From the NCBI GenBank assembly GCA_008632985.1, contig QPGO01000049.1, positions 186,001 to 250,000 of the forward strand: 64,000 nucleotides of DNA, read 5' to 3'. The DNA is from Psammoneis japonica (Eukaryota). A model generated the notes under the pieces. The model searched no databases. It was not told the origin of the DNA and saw only the letters and a program-made list of their open reading frames with translations. The position numbers and the translations under genes are program-made. This document shows positions 1 through 10,964 of this stretch, piece after piece; position 1 is the first letter of the stretch; each line of letters begins with the position of its first letter.

Positions 1-539
1 AATTGTTTGCCAACACAACCTGGCTCAACCTTGCCATTTTGCCTCTCTTTTCTTGCAAATCTCTCAATGTGAAGACATGGAAGAGTGCACCCCTCTGCTG
101 CACTGGCACAGCACCATGTGCTGCTGCCTGGCATTAGCAGCAGTTTCTCCAAGGCCCATGCCAGCTGCATGACAACCTCAACAATGCCATGCCAGTGCTC
201 CAAGATCTGCTTCCAGCAATGAGATTGATGGTTTCACAAAAACAGAGACTGCTCCACCCAAGCAAGCATTGTCACACCCCATGTTGCACAACAAGCTGGC
301 TGCAAACTCTAAAAAGATGCCAAGCAGTGCTGCCATCTTTCTGCCACTGGTTGGGCAGTGTGCAAATGCCATCTCTTGTCAAATCAGGGTTGCAAAGCCA
401 GCTAAGAAGCCATGTGACTCTCTGGGGCACCTTTGTTGTTGGTCACATTTTTGGCAGAGGGGGGGGGGGGGGGGGGGGGCACCACAGGGCTCAGGGCAAG
501 CACAGAGCCAAAATGATTAAACACATGTGAGACCACAAG

Positions 540-1700
540 TCCAGACACTTTGTGAGCCACACCATGATGCAAAAAAATGAGCAGAAGTCCAAGCAATTTG
601 CAACAGACAAGCCATGGTCACCTCACATTAGGCCAAGTGCATTTGCTGGATTCAGCAAAATGGCTCTGGGTCTGCCACCAGTGGAGCCAGTGAAAAAGCT
701 GCTCACCAGAAAAAGGCAAGAGTGGCATGGATGAACCAAAAATGAAATTGTGCAGTGTTGAGCTTCTTTCAGAGCAAGGCAAGACCATCAAAAAGAGTCT
801 CATGAGTGTGGTGTGTGCATTGCACATCACATCAGAGAGCCTCTTCTTGGCAGCCTTGCTGCAACAAAAAGCCTTTTCAGTGTGAGCTGCATTTTGACAC
901 ACAGAAGCTTGCCACAAGGAGAGTGCACCCTGTTGGCTGAGCAAATGGAATGATGTCATCACAACACCAGTGCAATGCCAGACAATGTGTGAGAGGACCA
1001 TCAAGAAGATGTGGCCTGTCTCATCTCTGCTGGGAAAGAAGGAGACCAGCAGTTTGTCACATGAACATTCCCACCTGTCACAGCAAAAAGCCCTGATGCT
1101 GAGACTGGTGCAACAAAAACAAAGATGAATCTTGTTTTTCATTGTGAAATCTTCACAACAGGAGTGGCATGACATCTTTTGACAACAACGACATCTCAAC
1201 AGCAAGATTGGTGCACCCAAGGAAGACCCTGCCATGTGTGCCAGTGCACTTTGAAGAGCTCTGTTTGCAACAAAGAAGCAGAGGACAAGGAGTGGGAACC
1301 ACACAAAACCTTGTGATGCTTTGAGGCTTTCCTCTGAGCAAAGCACAAAAGTGGTGCACAGATGTGGAGGAGATTCTCAACTTCATCTTTTGAGTCCCAC
1401 ATGCGCAACACATTTGCAGAGGTGTTTCAAACATCATGTGCTGGCATGGCACACTTCTGCCCACTGACAATGTTCAGAACATCTTGAAGAATCTGGGAAG
1501 CAGCATGGCATTTTGTTGGCCAGGCGGCAGCTGTGGTCAGGAAGCAGGAGGCAGAGAGCACAACTGCTGAGGAACAGCTTGCAACAACTGCCATGAGACC
1601 TGAGTGCAGAAGATGTTGAGAAAGTGCATGATGGCTGCTGAAAAAGAAAAAAAATGATCAGCAGCAAAAGTTTGCCAAGCTCTCAAAGAGATTTGTTGAG
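540..1700 (+). mobile_element. Possible degenerate non-LTR retrotransposon fragment (host of the nested Copia insertion)
   Basis: The 'EQKSKQFATDKPWSP' motif resembles, from memory, the region between endonuclease and RT in diatom LINE-like elements. Heavily frameshifted. Confidence 0.25.
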
Positions 1701-1784
1701 CTCTTAAAAAGACAAAAAAGGAAGAAACAACAGAAAAGGCAACATGGGAAAAAGAGCAACAAGCTGGATGCCACATCAACCAAC

Positions 1785-2128
1785 TGTTGGAGCAAGTTAG
1801 ATGAGGGTGTTAGAGAACCCGGAAATAGTTGAAGTCCATGGATGTTTTGGCTCCTGACGTGGCCGGTCTGATGACCATGCATTCTTTGTCATCGCACTGT
1901 CATCCCTGAAATGAAGTGTTCTCACTCTTTAGAGTGAATCATCTGGTGTGTCAACTGTTGTCATCGGTGATGGGAAGCATCTGTTAAAAAAACCAAATCC
2001 ATTTGGTGTGCAAAGTTGTGTTGAATGATCTTCCAGGCAAACCACACAAGCAGCCAGGATGTGTGCATCAAGAGTGGAGGAAGCTTCACAAGATTCCCTT
2101 TTGCCGCCATTAACATGTTGGTCCAACA
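1785..2128 (+). repeat. 5' LTR
   Basis: TGTTGGAGCAAG...GGTCCAACA; aligns to 9067-9410. Confidence 0.95.
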
Positions 2129-2143
2129 TTCACTCTAAAGAGT
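2128..2143 (+). promoter_or_regulatory. Primer-binding site complementary to the LTR (putative self-priming PBS)
   Basis: ATTCACTCTAAAGAGT is the exact reverse complement of LTR 1924-1939 (ACTCTTTAGAGTGAAT). No tRNA-type TGG PBS is present. Confidence 0.65.
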
Positions 2144-2214
2144 CACAAGCATGCAAGTGAGACAGCTTGCCATGCCAAGTCTACATTCTCTTGAAGAAAC
2201 AAGCAGCCTGCAAG

Positions 2215-5200
2215 ATGAGCAGCAGAGGAACTGGCAATCTGCACAAGAAGGGCCAAGACGGAAAGTGTGGCCAAGGCAATGGGAATGAGAACCCCAAGTC
2301 TTCCGGATCAAAGAAGAAGATGCACAGCAACAGGAGCTTTAACCCTGAAATGAAATTCCATCCATCAATGATGAACAGTGACTCTTGAAACACAACGTTG
2401 GAAGACATGAAGACCAAGATTGTGCATTGCATCCAGAAAGAGTGCAAACAAGGAAAGCACTTGGCATGATCACTAGAAGACATGAAGCACCAAGACTTTT
2501 TGGGTGAGGAACCAACCTCAAAGGTGTCCAACAAAGCAAAGGACTCACCAGAAGCAGAGCAAGAGAACAGACAGTTTGAATGCAAGCACAAGGCTGAACT
2601 CAGAGATCATTGCCACAAGACAAAACAGTTCGAGGAGAACAAGAACAAGGCATTTGCAATGATTCTTGATGACTGCTGCGTGAGACCAATGAGGCAGAGA
2701 GTGCAAGCAGATCTCACCTGCAGTGCAATCAGGGACAATCCCATTGAGCTGCTAAAGCTGATCCAAACCCTGACACACGACTCCATGATGGGTCGACACC
2801 CATTCCACACACTTGCGAAAGCACTCAAAAACCTGTTGGATTTAAACCAACAAGAACAAGAGCCGATCAACAACCACCTGTCACATTTTAAGAATCAACG
2901 TGATGCAACAAGCAAAGGATTGGGCGAAAACTGCTTGACAGTTTCATTGAAAACTCAAAGGAGCATGCCACAGCAGGAACATCAGAGAAAAAGGAAATGA
3001 AGCAGTCTGCATGTGAGACATGGGCTGCATTCCCATTCATTCCAAACAGCAATGATTGCCATTGCAAGATCCTCAAGAAGGGTCTGGTTAGAGACTGCAG
3101 CATGGGAAAGGACATGCATCCCAAGATGCTGGAGTCAGCCATGAATGCACCACTCAACCATTCAAAGGACAATGATCCGCGCAAGAGAAGCGCAAAGAAC
3201 TGCAATCACAGATGCAATGACAACAATGACAAGGACAAGAACAAGAACAAGAAGGACCAAAGTCACTTGCAAAAACAAAGCAAGTCAATTGCATGCCACT
3301 GCTGTGGGGTGGTGGACAATCATGAGTCCAACGAGTGCAAACTGAGAAACAAGATGCCATTTGATCAATGGTGGAAGAAAACTGGAAAGAAACCACAGCT
3401 GCCAGGGCAAAGTCATGCCCAATCAAGAACTGGAAAGAGCAGTTCAAGCAAAGACGACACAAGTGTCAAGTCCGTGCTCAGCATGACATCTGCTTGGTCG
3501 TGCAAGGGCCGAGCAAAAGCTTGGCATGGACTGCAACTTGGGAATGATGACCAAGGAATGAGCTTAAATCAGAACAACACAAACATTGAGCCAGAAGAGA
3601 TTGTCCTTGACAATGGTTCTGCCCTTGGCATGGCAGCAAGCCAGAGGTCAGTGCACAACGTGCGACTGGCAAGGATCAAGATTGATCTGTCCACCAACGC
3701 AGGAGTGGACACACTGGACAAAGACTGCACCATGCCAGGATGGGGTGATGTAAAACTGGGATCCAAGAATGTGATTGCCAACATCCTCAGTTTACGGGAT
3801 GCAAAACAGAAGTGTTGTGTTGCATGCGACAACAGAGCAGCAGATGAGTTCCGACTGCCAGACAGGAAAACAAACAAACAAGCCGTTAAGGCCAATGACT
3901 CAGGGCTGCACACATTTCAACCAAGCAAGGAGTCCTTTGAGAACGTCCAATGGCTGCAAGAAGAGGAGCGACATGCAAGTCTGAATGTGACAACCACGAG
4001 GAAGTTGAGGCAGAAGATGCCAAAACCCGGCAGTGCATCAGGGGCCATGATCCCCTCTGCTAAAGAAAATGCCAAGGGCCACACAAAACGCAAGATGTTG
4101 CAAGTGAAAGAGGCACTGCGATTCTGTCATGAAGCCGGCATCCCAAGCACACAGGATTGCAGACGTTCCTCATGTTCCAATCAGGTGAAGAACTTGACCA
4201 TCGCACCAGATGATGCTGATCAAATGGTGGCCACTTGGGGTCCACCAGAGGATGCGATTAAAGGAAAGACCAAGCGTGCTCATCATTCCCATGAGAGGAA
4301 CGTCGTGATTGCTTTGCCATCTGAATTTCATGAAAGGCAGAGCAATGGAATGACTCTGTGCATCAACATTGTGGAGGTTTGTGGAGTCAAGCTCCTGCAC
4401 TCCATCAACAAGACTGTTGAGCACAGAGCAAATGTGAAACTGAAGTCCAAGAAGCACGTGGACATTTGCAATGCACTGGACATGATGCCACGACAATGTG
4501 ACAAGGCACTCTTCAAGACAGATTTCATGGAATGCAATCCTGAGTTCAAGGAAATGTTGTCCGAGGTTGCAGACGGTGTGAGCATTGAACTCATTGCTGT
4601 CAATCCGAAAGACCATGTTCCCAAGGTGGAGCGCAGTGTCCAAACCATCAAGGAACAAACTTGCACCACGGTGCACCATGCACCGCACAAGGCAATGCCA
4701 AAGCTCATGTGTGAGCATGCGGCAATCAAGAATGCTGTGATGATGAACATGTGCCCACAAAAGGATGGCATTTTGGATGTCTGCAGTCCTCACACCATTG
4801 TGCAACAACAAAATCTTGACCATGCCAAACATTTTGAATTTACATTTGGAGAGTTTGTGCTCTCACACATTGAGAACCAACCCACCAATGCCATGGAGAT
4901 GTGTGGCGTTGACAGCATCCACCTGTGCCCATGGTTTGATGCTGACAAAGGGGGGCACTGCACCATGAATTTGCACACGGGCAAGCTTTTAAATCCCTGC
5001 AAGTGCACTGCAGTTCCACTGACCAGCACCCACATTCGGGTGGTCGAAAAGATGGCCTCTCGTCAAGGCATTGAAGAATTCAAGTTCACTGGTTGATGTG
5101 GTGACAATCTTTGTGACACCAATTGGACTGCAGGAGAGGAAGACAGCAACAGCGACAGTGACAGTGACAGCGACAATGACAGCAACAGCGACAGCAACAG

Positions 5201-7290
5201 CAACAACAACAGCAACAGCAACAGCAAAGATGACTCAGACAATGAACAAGAACAAGCTGATGAAACTTTAGCAGGAAATGAACACAGTCCCAATCAACAT
5301 CAAGAAGATGAAGAGAAAGAAGAATCCAATGAAATGGGAGACATGAAGAACAACCAGAACCCACTGAGATCAGAGGTTGAACAACAAGATTGGGACAAAG
5401 CCACATCACTGCATCAAAGGACAGCATGCCTGACAAAACAACACACAAGAAGAAAATTCTCTTTCCAGGAGTGGCAGCCACAGAACAAGAGGAACGCAAG
5501 CAAAGGAAACTCAAATGCTGCCATCATCTAAGAGCAAATGTCAATCCCAATCCTGAGGATGACATGGAATGCCACTGCAAGGTCAGACTTGTCACAGCAT
5601 TCTTTATGTGCAAGCACAATGACAGAGCAAGAGTGGGATGAGAGATCTCACTTGGACAACAGCACCTGTTGCACAAAGGCCTAAAGTCATTTGGCCAGAG
5701 AGGAAATGATGCCTCAGAAAAGGAAACAAAACAACTGCATGATCAAGTGTGTTTCCAACCAGTGTCAGTGAAAGACATGACTCCGCAAGAGAGAGCCAAG
5801 GCAATGGCAGCCTTGATGTTCCTGATGGAGAAGCGTGATGGATGCACAAAAGGGCGAATGGCATGCAACGGCAAACCATCATGAGAAATGCTAGACAAGG
5901 ACAAGTCAGCCAGCCCAACAGCATCACCAGAAGGAATTGTGATGACACCGCAGTGACAGATGTGGATGAAGGATGTGACATTGTGAGCACGGACATTCCA
6001 AATGCATTTGTGCAGACAGAAATTCTGGAGCCACAGAAAGGCAAAGACTGGATTGGGATGAAGATCACAGGTTTGCCAGTGGACATGCCAGCAAATGTTG
6101 ATCCCAACCTCTGTGGACTGCATGTGGTCCTAGAGAGAGGAAGGAGAGTCCTCTGCGCACAAGTGGCAAGAGCCATCTGCATCATGGTGGTCGCGGCTCC
6201 ACCATGGCACAAGAAGTTCCAAAAGGACTTGGAGAGGGTTGGGTTTGAGTTCAACCCATGTGACCCATGCATTGCCAACCACAATGGAAAGCAGCACACA
6301 GTGCAACCCCACATGGATGATTTGTCATCAAGTCACAGGAATCCCAAAGCAAATGACAAGTTTCTCAAGTGGTCAAACAGAGAGTGCGGGAGCCATGGCA
6401 AGGTCGTGGCAACAAGAGGAAAGAAACATGACTGCCTTGGCATGATCCTGAATTTTACCGACAAAGGAAAGCCAAGGGTGGACATGAGAAAGCAAACAGG
6501 ATCAATGGTTGACAGTTTCCTGGAAAAGATCAAGAGCACAGATTTCACAATGACACCTGCAGGGGAGAACCTGTTTGAGACAGGCGGCACAAGACTGACC
6601 AAAGAGAAAGCACAAACATTCCATGTGTGGGTTGCCAAAGGATCATTTGCATCCAAGAGAGGCCGCATGGACATGCACCCCACAATGTTGGCGCCATGTG
6701 CGCAAACAAGGGAACCCACAGATGAGGACTGTACAAAGTTAGTCCAATGTCTCAAGCATTTGAATCAAACAAGGAACGAAGTGGCAACACTGAGTGCCAA
6801 GGATCTCCGAGTGACAAAGTGGCACGTGGATGCATCATTTGCGGTGCATCCAGGTTTCAAGAGCCACACCGGAGCAGCAACAACAATGGGCAATGGGGCA
6901 ATGCAAGCCATGTCAAGAAGACAGAAGCTCAACACACGAAGCAGCACAGAAGCTGAACTGGTTGGAGTCAATGATGCAGTGACTGTGATCCCATGGACAT
7001 TTGTGGAACACCAAGGACATCCTGTCAACAAGAATGTGCCACACCAGGACAACAAGAGCGTGATCTTGTTGGAGACTGATGGTCATCAAAGTGCCGGCAA
7101 ATGGTCAAGGGGGGCACTCAACACAAGACATTTCTTTGTGTGCAACCAAGTCAAGAAGGGCAATCTGACCATTGAATGCTGTCCTGCAGATGCAATGATT
7201 TTGGGGATTTTATGACCAAGCCATTGCAAGGCGAGAAGTTTTGCAAATTTAAACAAGCCACAATGGGGTGCTGGAGATCCAACAGCAACA
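2215..7290 (+). pseudogene. Copia gag-pol polyprotein, frameshifted and with stops
   Basis: Zn-knuckle-like CHCCG..H..C, protease VLDNGS, integrase HVPKVERSVQTIKE, RT DIPNAFVQ/NPCDPC/HMDD, RNase H KWHVDASFAVH, SSTEAELVGV, QDNKS, DFMTKPLQG. Confidence 0.92.
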
Positions 7291-7679
7291 GGAGTGGGCT
7301 CCTGTTTTGTGATGTCAGACGAGAACTTTGACGTGCATGGGTGAAAGATCCCTGCAATCCAGAGAATGATGAACGTGCAATCTTCTCCCGGAGCAACACA
7401 GAGCAAGCAACACCAAGCACACAATTGAACACTGTCCCACAGATGCAATGATTTGGGATTTTATGACCAAGCCATTGCAAGGTGAGAAGTTTCACAAATT
7501 TAAACGAGCTGCAATGGGGTGCCAGAGACCCAACAGCAACAGGAGTGGGCTCCTGTTTTGTGACATCAGATGAGAACTCTGATGCACATGGGTGAAAGAT
7601 CCCTGTGACCCGGAGAATGACAAATGTGCAATCTTCTCCCAGAGCAACACAGTGTGAGCAACACCAAGCACACAATTGA
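7171..7679 (+). repeat. Tandem duplication (~253-bp unit) of the pol 3' end
   Basis: ATTGAATGCTGTCCTGCAGATG at 7171 and ATTGAACACTGTCCCACAGATG at 7424. The copies align over the whole unit. Confidence 0.92.
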
Positions 7680-7685
7680 GCAACC

Positions 7686-9054
7686 ATGGACGGCGATGAA
7701 GCTGGAGGTTTTGATGGAAATGTGGCAGCGGCCGAGGCTCACGCATTTGATGAACGCATGTGCTGTGAGCATGTTGCCTTCAACAAACACAACAAGGTGG
7801 CAGCAGCTGGCCCAAGAACTGTTTGCTTGAGATCATGAAGATGTTCAAGATGCCTGTCCGACACAAGGATTTGTTTGTTTGGAGAGGAGAGCTGGTTGTG
7901 AGCAAAAAACCCACAGATTGGCAGAATGGAACAAGACTGCAGCGTTTGAGCAGCATGCCAAGCAAGTGCAAAGAAGAGTGCAGAACCTGCAAGGTTTTTG
8001 GCACAGAAGGTTACATCCTGCCTTTGACCCAAACAGGAGAGGAGAACTTAACAGAGGAAGACTGCCATCACTGAGTCCTGATCTAGCAAGAGATGCACTG
8101 GATTGCACACAGCTTGCGGTGGACCTGGATTGCAGGCACAGGCTCAACTCTGATCACATGAGAGCGGTGTGGCAAGAGAGATGCTGTGCAAGGCTCGAAG
8201 CAATGGTGACCATGTTCAAAATGCACCAGACATGGACACCGCTGATGTGGGAACATGTGTCCACTGCAACCCCAATGATCTCTGTCCATGACAAAATGGA
8301 GACCATCACAGACAAGATGAGGTGGCCAAACATTGTGGCGCACACCCGTGAATCCCATTGGAAATTCCTGGCAAAGAGGTCAGAAACTCACAACAAGACA
8401 AGGCCGTCCTTTGCTCAGGGGCAACAGAACCCTGCAAAATTGGCCTTTGACAGGCTGGACATTGACCACATGGCAAAGGTGCCGTGGCTACAAGGTGTGC
8501 CGATGTGTGGCATGGATCGACTTGGGCAATGTGGCGGACTGATGTGTCCAGGCCACAACCACACTGCCGAGCATCCAGATTTTAGTGAGCTTGTCAGAGA
8601 CAAGAACGGAGTCATGTTTGATGCATTGAAACTGTCAATGTTCTTCAGAAGGACAATCGAATTTGTGTCCAATGTGCAGAAGCATCCCTGGGTTGTGCAC
8701 ATGGTGGATTTTCTCACATTGACTCCAAACACCATGCACCAGTGGATCTGAGATCAAATCAAACATTCAAATGACCGGAATGACACGCTGAGTGATGCAC
8801 AGCAAGAATTGATCAGACAAGATTTTACAATGACATTCGTCAACCATGTGAAAGGTGTTGCCAATGAATTTGATGACATGCGGTGCTGCTCAAGCAACAA
8901 ACAAGACACGTGGCATTTTGCCGAAGGGGTGAACATTGAGAGAGAACCTCATGATGTTCTCTACAATGTGTGTGCAAGGTGGAACATTTTCCCTCGAGGA
9001 GATGTTCCAACCTGTGTTGCAGCCCAAGAAGCATTGGACAAACAATCAGAGTGA
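7686..9054 (+). pseudogene. Extra sense ORF of unknown function between pol and the 3' LTR
   Basis: ORFs 7879-8751 and 8809-9054 are in the same frame, separated by a single TGA. An ATG lies at 7686 in another frame. Confidence 0.6.
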
Positions 9055-9066
9055 GTGGCAGGAGTG

Positions 9067-9410
9067 TGTCGGAGCAAGTTAGACGAGGGCATCAGAGAAC
9101 CTGGAAACAGTTGAAGTCTGTGGACATTTGGCTCCTGATGTGGCCTGTCTGATGATGATGTGTTCTTTGTCATTGCACTGTCATCCCCAAAATGAAGTGT
9201 TCTCACTCTTTAGAGTGAATCATCTGGTGTGTCAACCATTGTCATCGGCACTGGGTGGCATCTGTTGGGGCCAAATGCATTTGGTGCACGAAGCTGTTGA
9301 ACAATCTTCGAGGCAAACCACAGCCACACAAGCAGCCAGGACGTGCACATTGAGAGCAGAGGAAGCTTTGTGAGATTCCCTTTTGCCGACATTAACACGT
9401 TGGTTCAACA
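9067..9410 (+). repeat. 3' LTR
   Basis: TGTCGGAGCAAG...GGTTCAACA followed by TSD CCAAC. Confidence 0.95.
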
Positions 9411-10964
9411 CCAACAAGCTTGTCTTTGAAAAGCAAGGGTGAGCCAGATGCTTTGTGAGTTTGCTCTGGATGCAGTCAGGCTGAATCACCAAGTTTTACA
9501 GAGTCAAAAAAGTGAGCTCATTTAACAATTTCTTGCTGCATGCTGACTTTGGCAATGAGGACCTCAAGCAGATGGGTCCCATCATTGAGCCAGGCAAATC
9601 ATTCTGCTGCTGCTGTCCCATCACAGAGCAGAGCTCCATGGACTCATTGGTGATGTGTCCCTTGACAACATTGCTGCCATCTCAAAGGAAAGCTCTCAAA
9701 ACAAAAACCCAAACAATGAGTCTTTGCATGTGTTCATTGAAAAAAACACTGAAGACAGCAGGGTCATCAATTGCAAAAAAGAGTGGGAAGAGCATGGGCT
9801 GGGCACACAGAAAGATTTCTGTCCCCCCCCCCCCCAAAAAAAAAAGCTGCTCCAAGTCAACCAAACTCAAAATCTTGTCTTGCTCATGTGCTGACAAACA
9901 AAGCAAGCAGAGCTGTTTTCACATCTTGTTCAATGCACCACTTGGCTCTTCATTGAGCAAATTCCCCCACCTGAAACTCCACCATGCAGCCAGCCAGTTT
10001 GAACAAAAAGGATGCACCCACTTGACACAGAATTCAAAAAAAATCATTGCATTCCAGAGACAACAAAGAGGTGCAAAGGCATTGTGACAAATCAACTGGA
10101 GTGCAAAAAATGACGAACATGTTTTCCAGCCCCATGATGATGGCAGCATGGTGGAAATGCCCATCAAGGACATGCAAGAATGGACAAAAAGTCAAAAGAA
10201 GGATCCTGAAGAGTTGTCATGTGAAGCTGCAGCCACCAATTGGTTGGCACCTTCACAAAAGGAGTGGGGGTGGTGGGTGACAACTTTCCTCAAACAGGTG
10301 TTGATGCTCAAGCCACTGCTGTCATCCCAACACCTGACCAGTCACACATTGGGTCTGTCCAACTTCACCTGTTGAACATGTCAAACCCCAAAAAGGCAGA
10401 ACCGCATGTCCTCCACTCCAAGTGCTTGCCTCCCTCATGTCAAAATCCAACTTTTTGAGAAATGGGTTGAAGGTGTCAAGGCTGGCTGGGCTGGTCTGCA
10501 AAGTGAGTTGCATCCTGAAGGTGAGGAATTAGGTGATCCCAAAGTTGTCCCCAAAGGACTCGTCACCGTTTCAATTCTGATGACATCGAGTGGCACCGAC
10601 CTTGTAGGCTCCTCTAATTTTGAATCTTCTCTACTTAGTGAAATGATTGGCTTTGGTTCCTTTGCTGTTAGAAATGCACTTTGAACACCAAAAATCACAT
10701 TGGCTGATTCATCAAACAATACAAGTACATCATGTTTATTATCCCTCTAATTCTCTCATGCCATACCCAGATCTCATCGATGTCGACAAGATGTGCACAG
10801 ATTCCTTTGTTCCCACATCATCTCCGTCACAAACATCGGTTGTAGCCCTACTCGTACAAATCAAAGTCTCGCCAGCACTGATAATCGTGATAAAATAATT
10901 GCAACATCACCACTACTAGTAACTCTTTGGTGGTCTTGGGGTTCTCACTGCCGATCGCTCTAGA

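Larger units (their letters stand above)
1785..9410 (+). mobile_element. Full-length but inactivated Ty1/Copia LTR retrotransposon (CoDi-like)
   Basis: Two ~344-bp LTRs with TG...CA ends. 5-bp TSD CCAAC at 1780-1784 and 9411-9415. Domain order gag-PR-IN-RT-RH. Purine-rich GGCAGGAGTG just before the 3' LTR. Confidence 0.95.
1..10520. other. TpA/CpG-depleted hypermutated repeat zone 1
   Basis: Very few TA or CG dinucleotides and an excess of CA/TG. Long ORFs lack Tyr. Normal composition returns near 10530. Confidence 0.85.

Noticed and set aside
5140..5230. GACAGC/AACAGC microsatellite-like run
   Set aside because: It is the low-complexity acidic linker between integrase and RT, not an independent feature.
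2997..7215. Alternative genetic code or RNA editing as the explanation for the Tyr-less pol
   Set aside because: Neighbouring genes use Tyr normally, non-coding LTRs show the same changes, and duplicates differ in outcome (TG versus CA).
10435..10900. Short ORFs between zone 1 and the coiled-coil gene
   Set aside because: No recognisable motifs or convincing start or splice structure.
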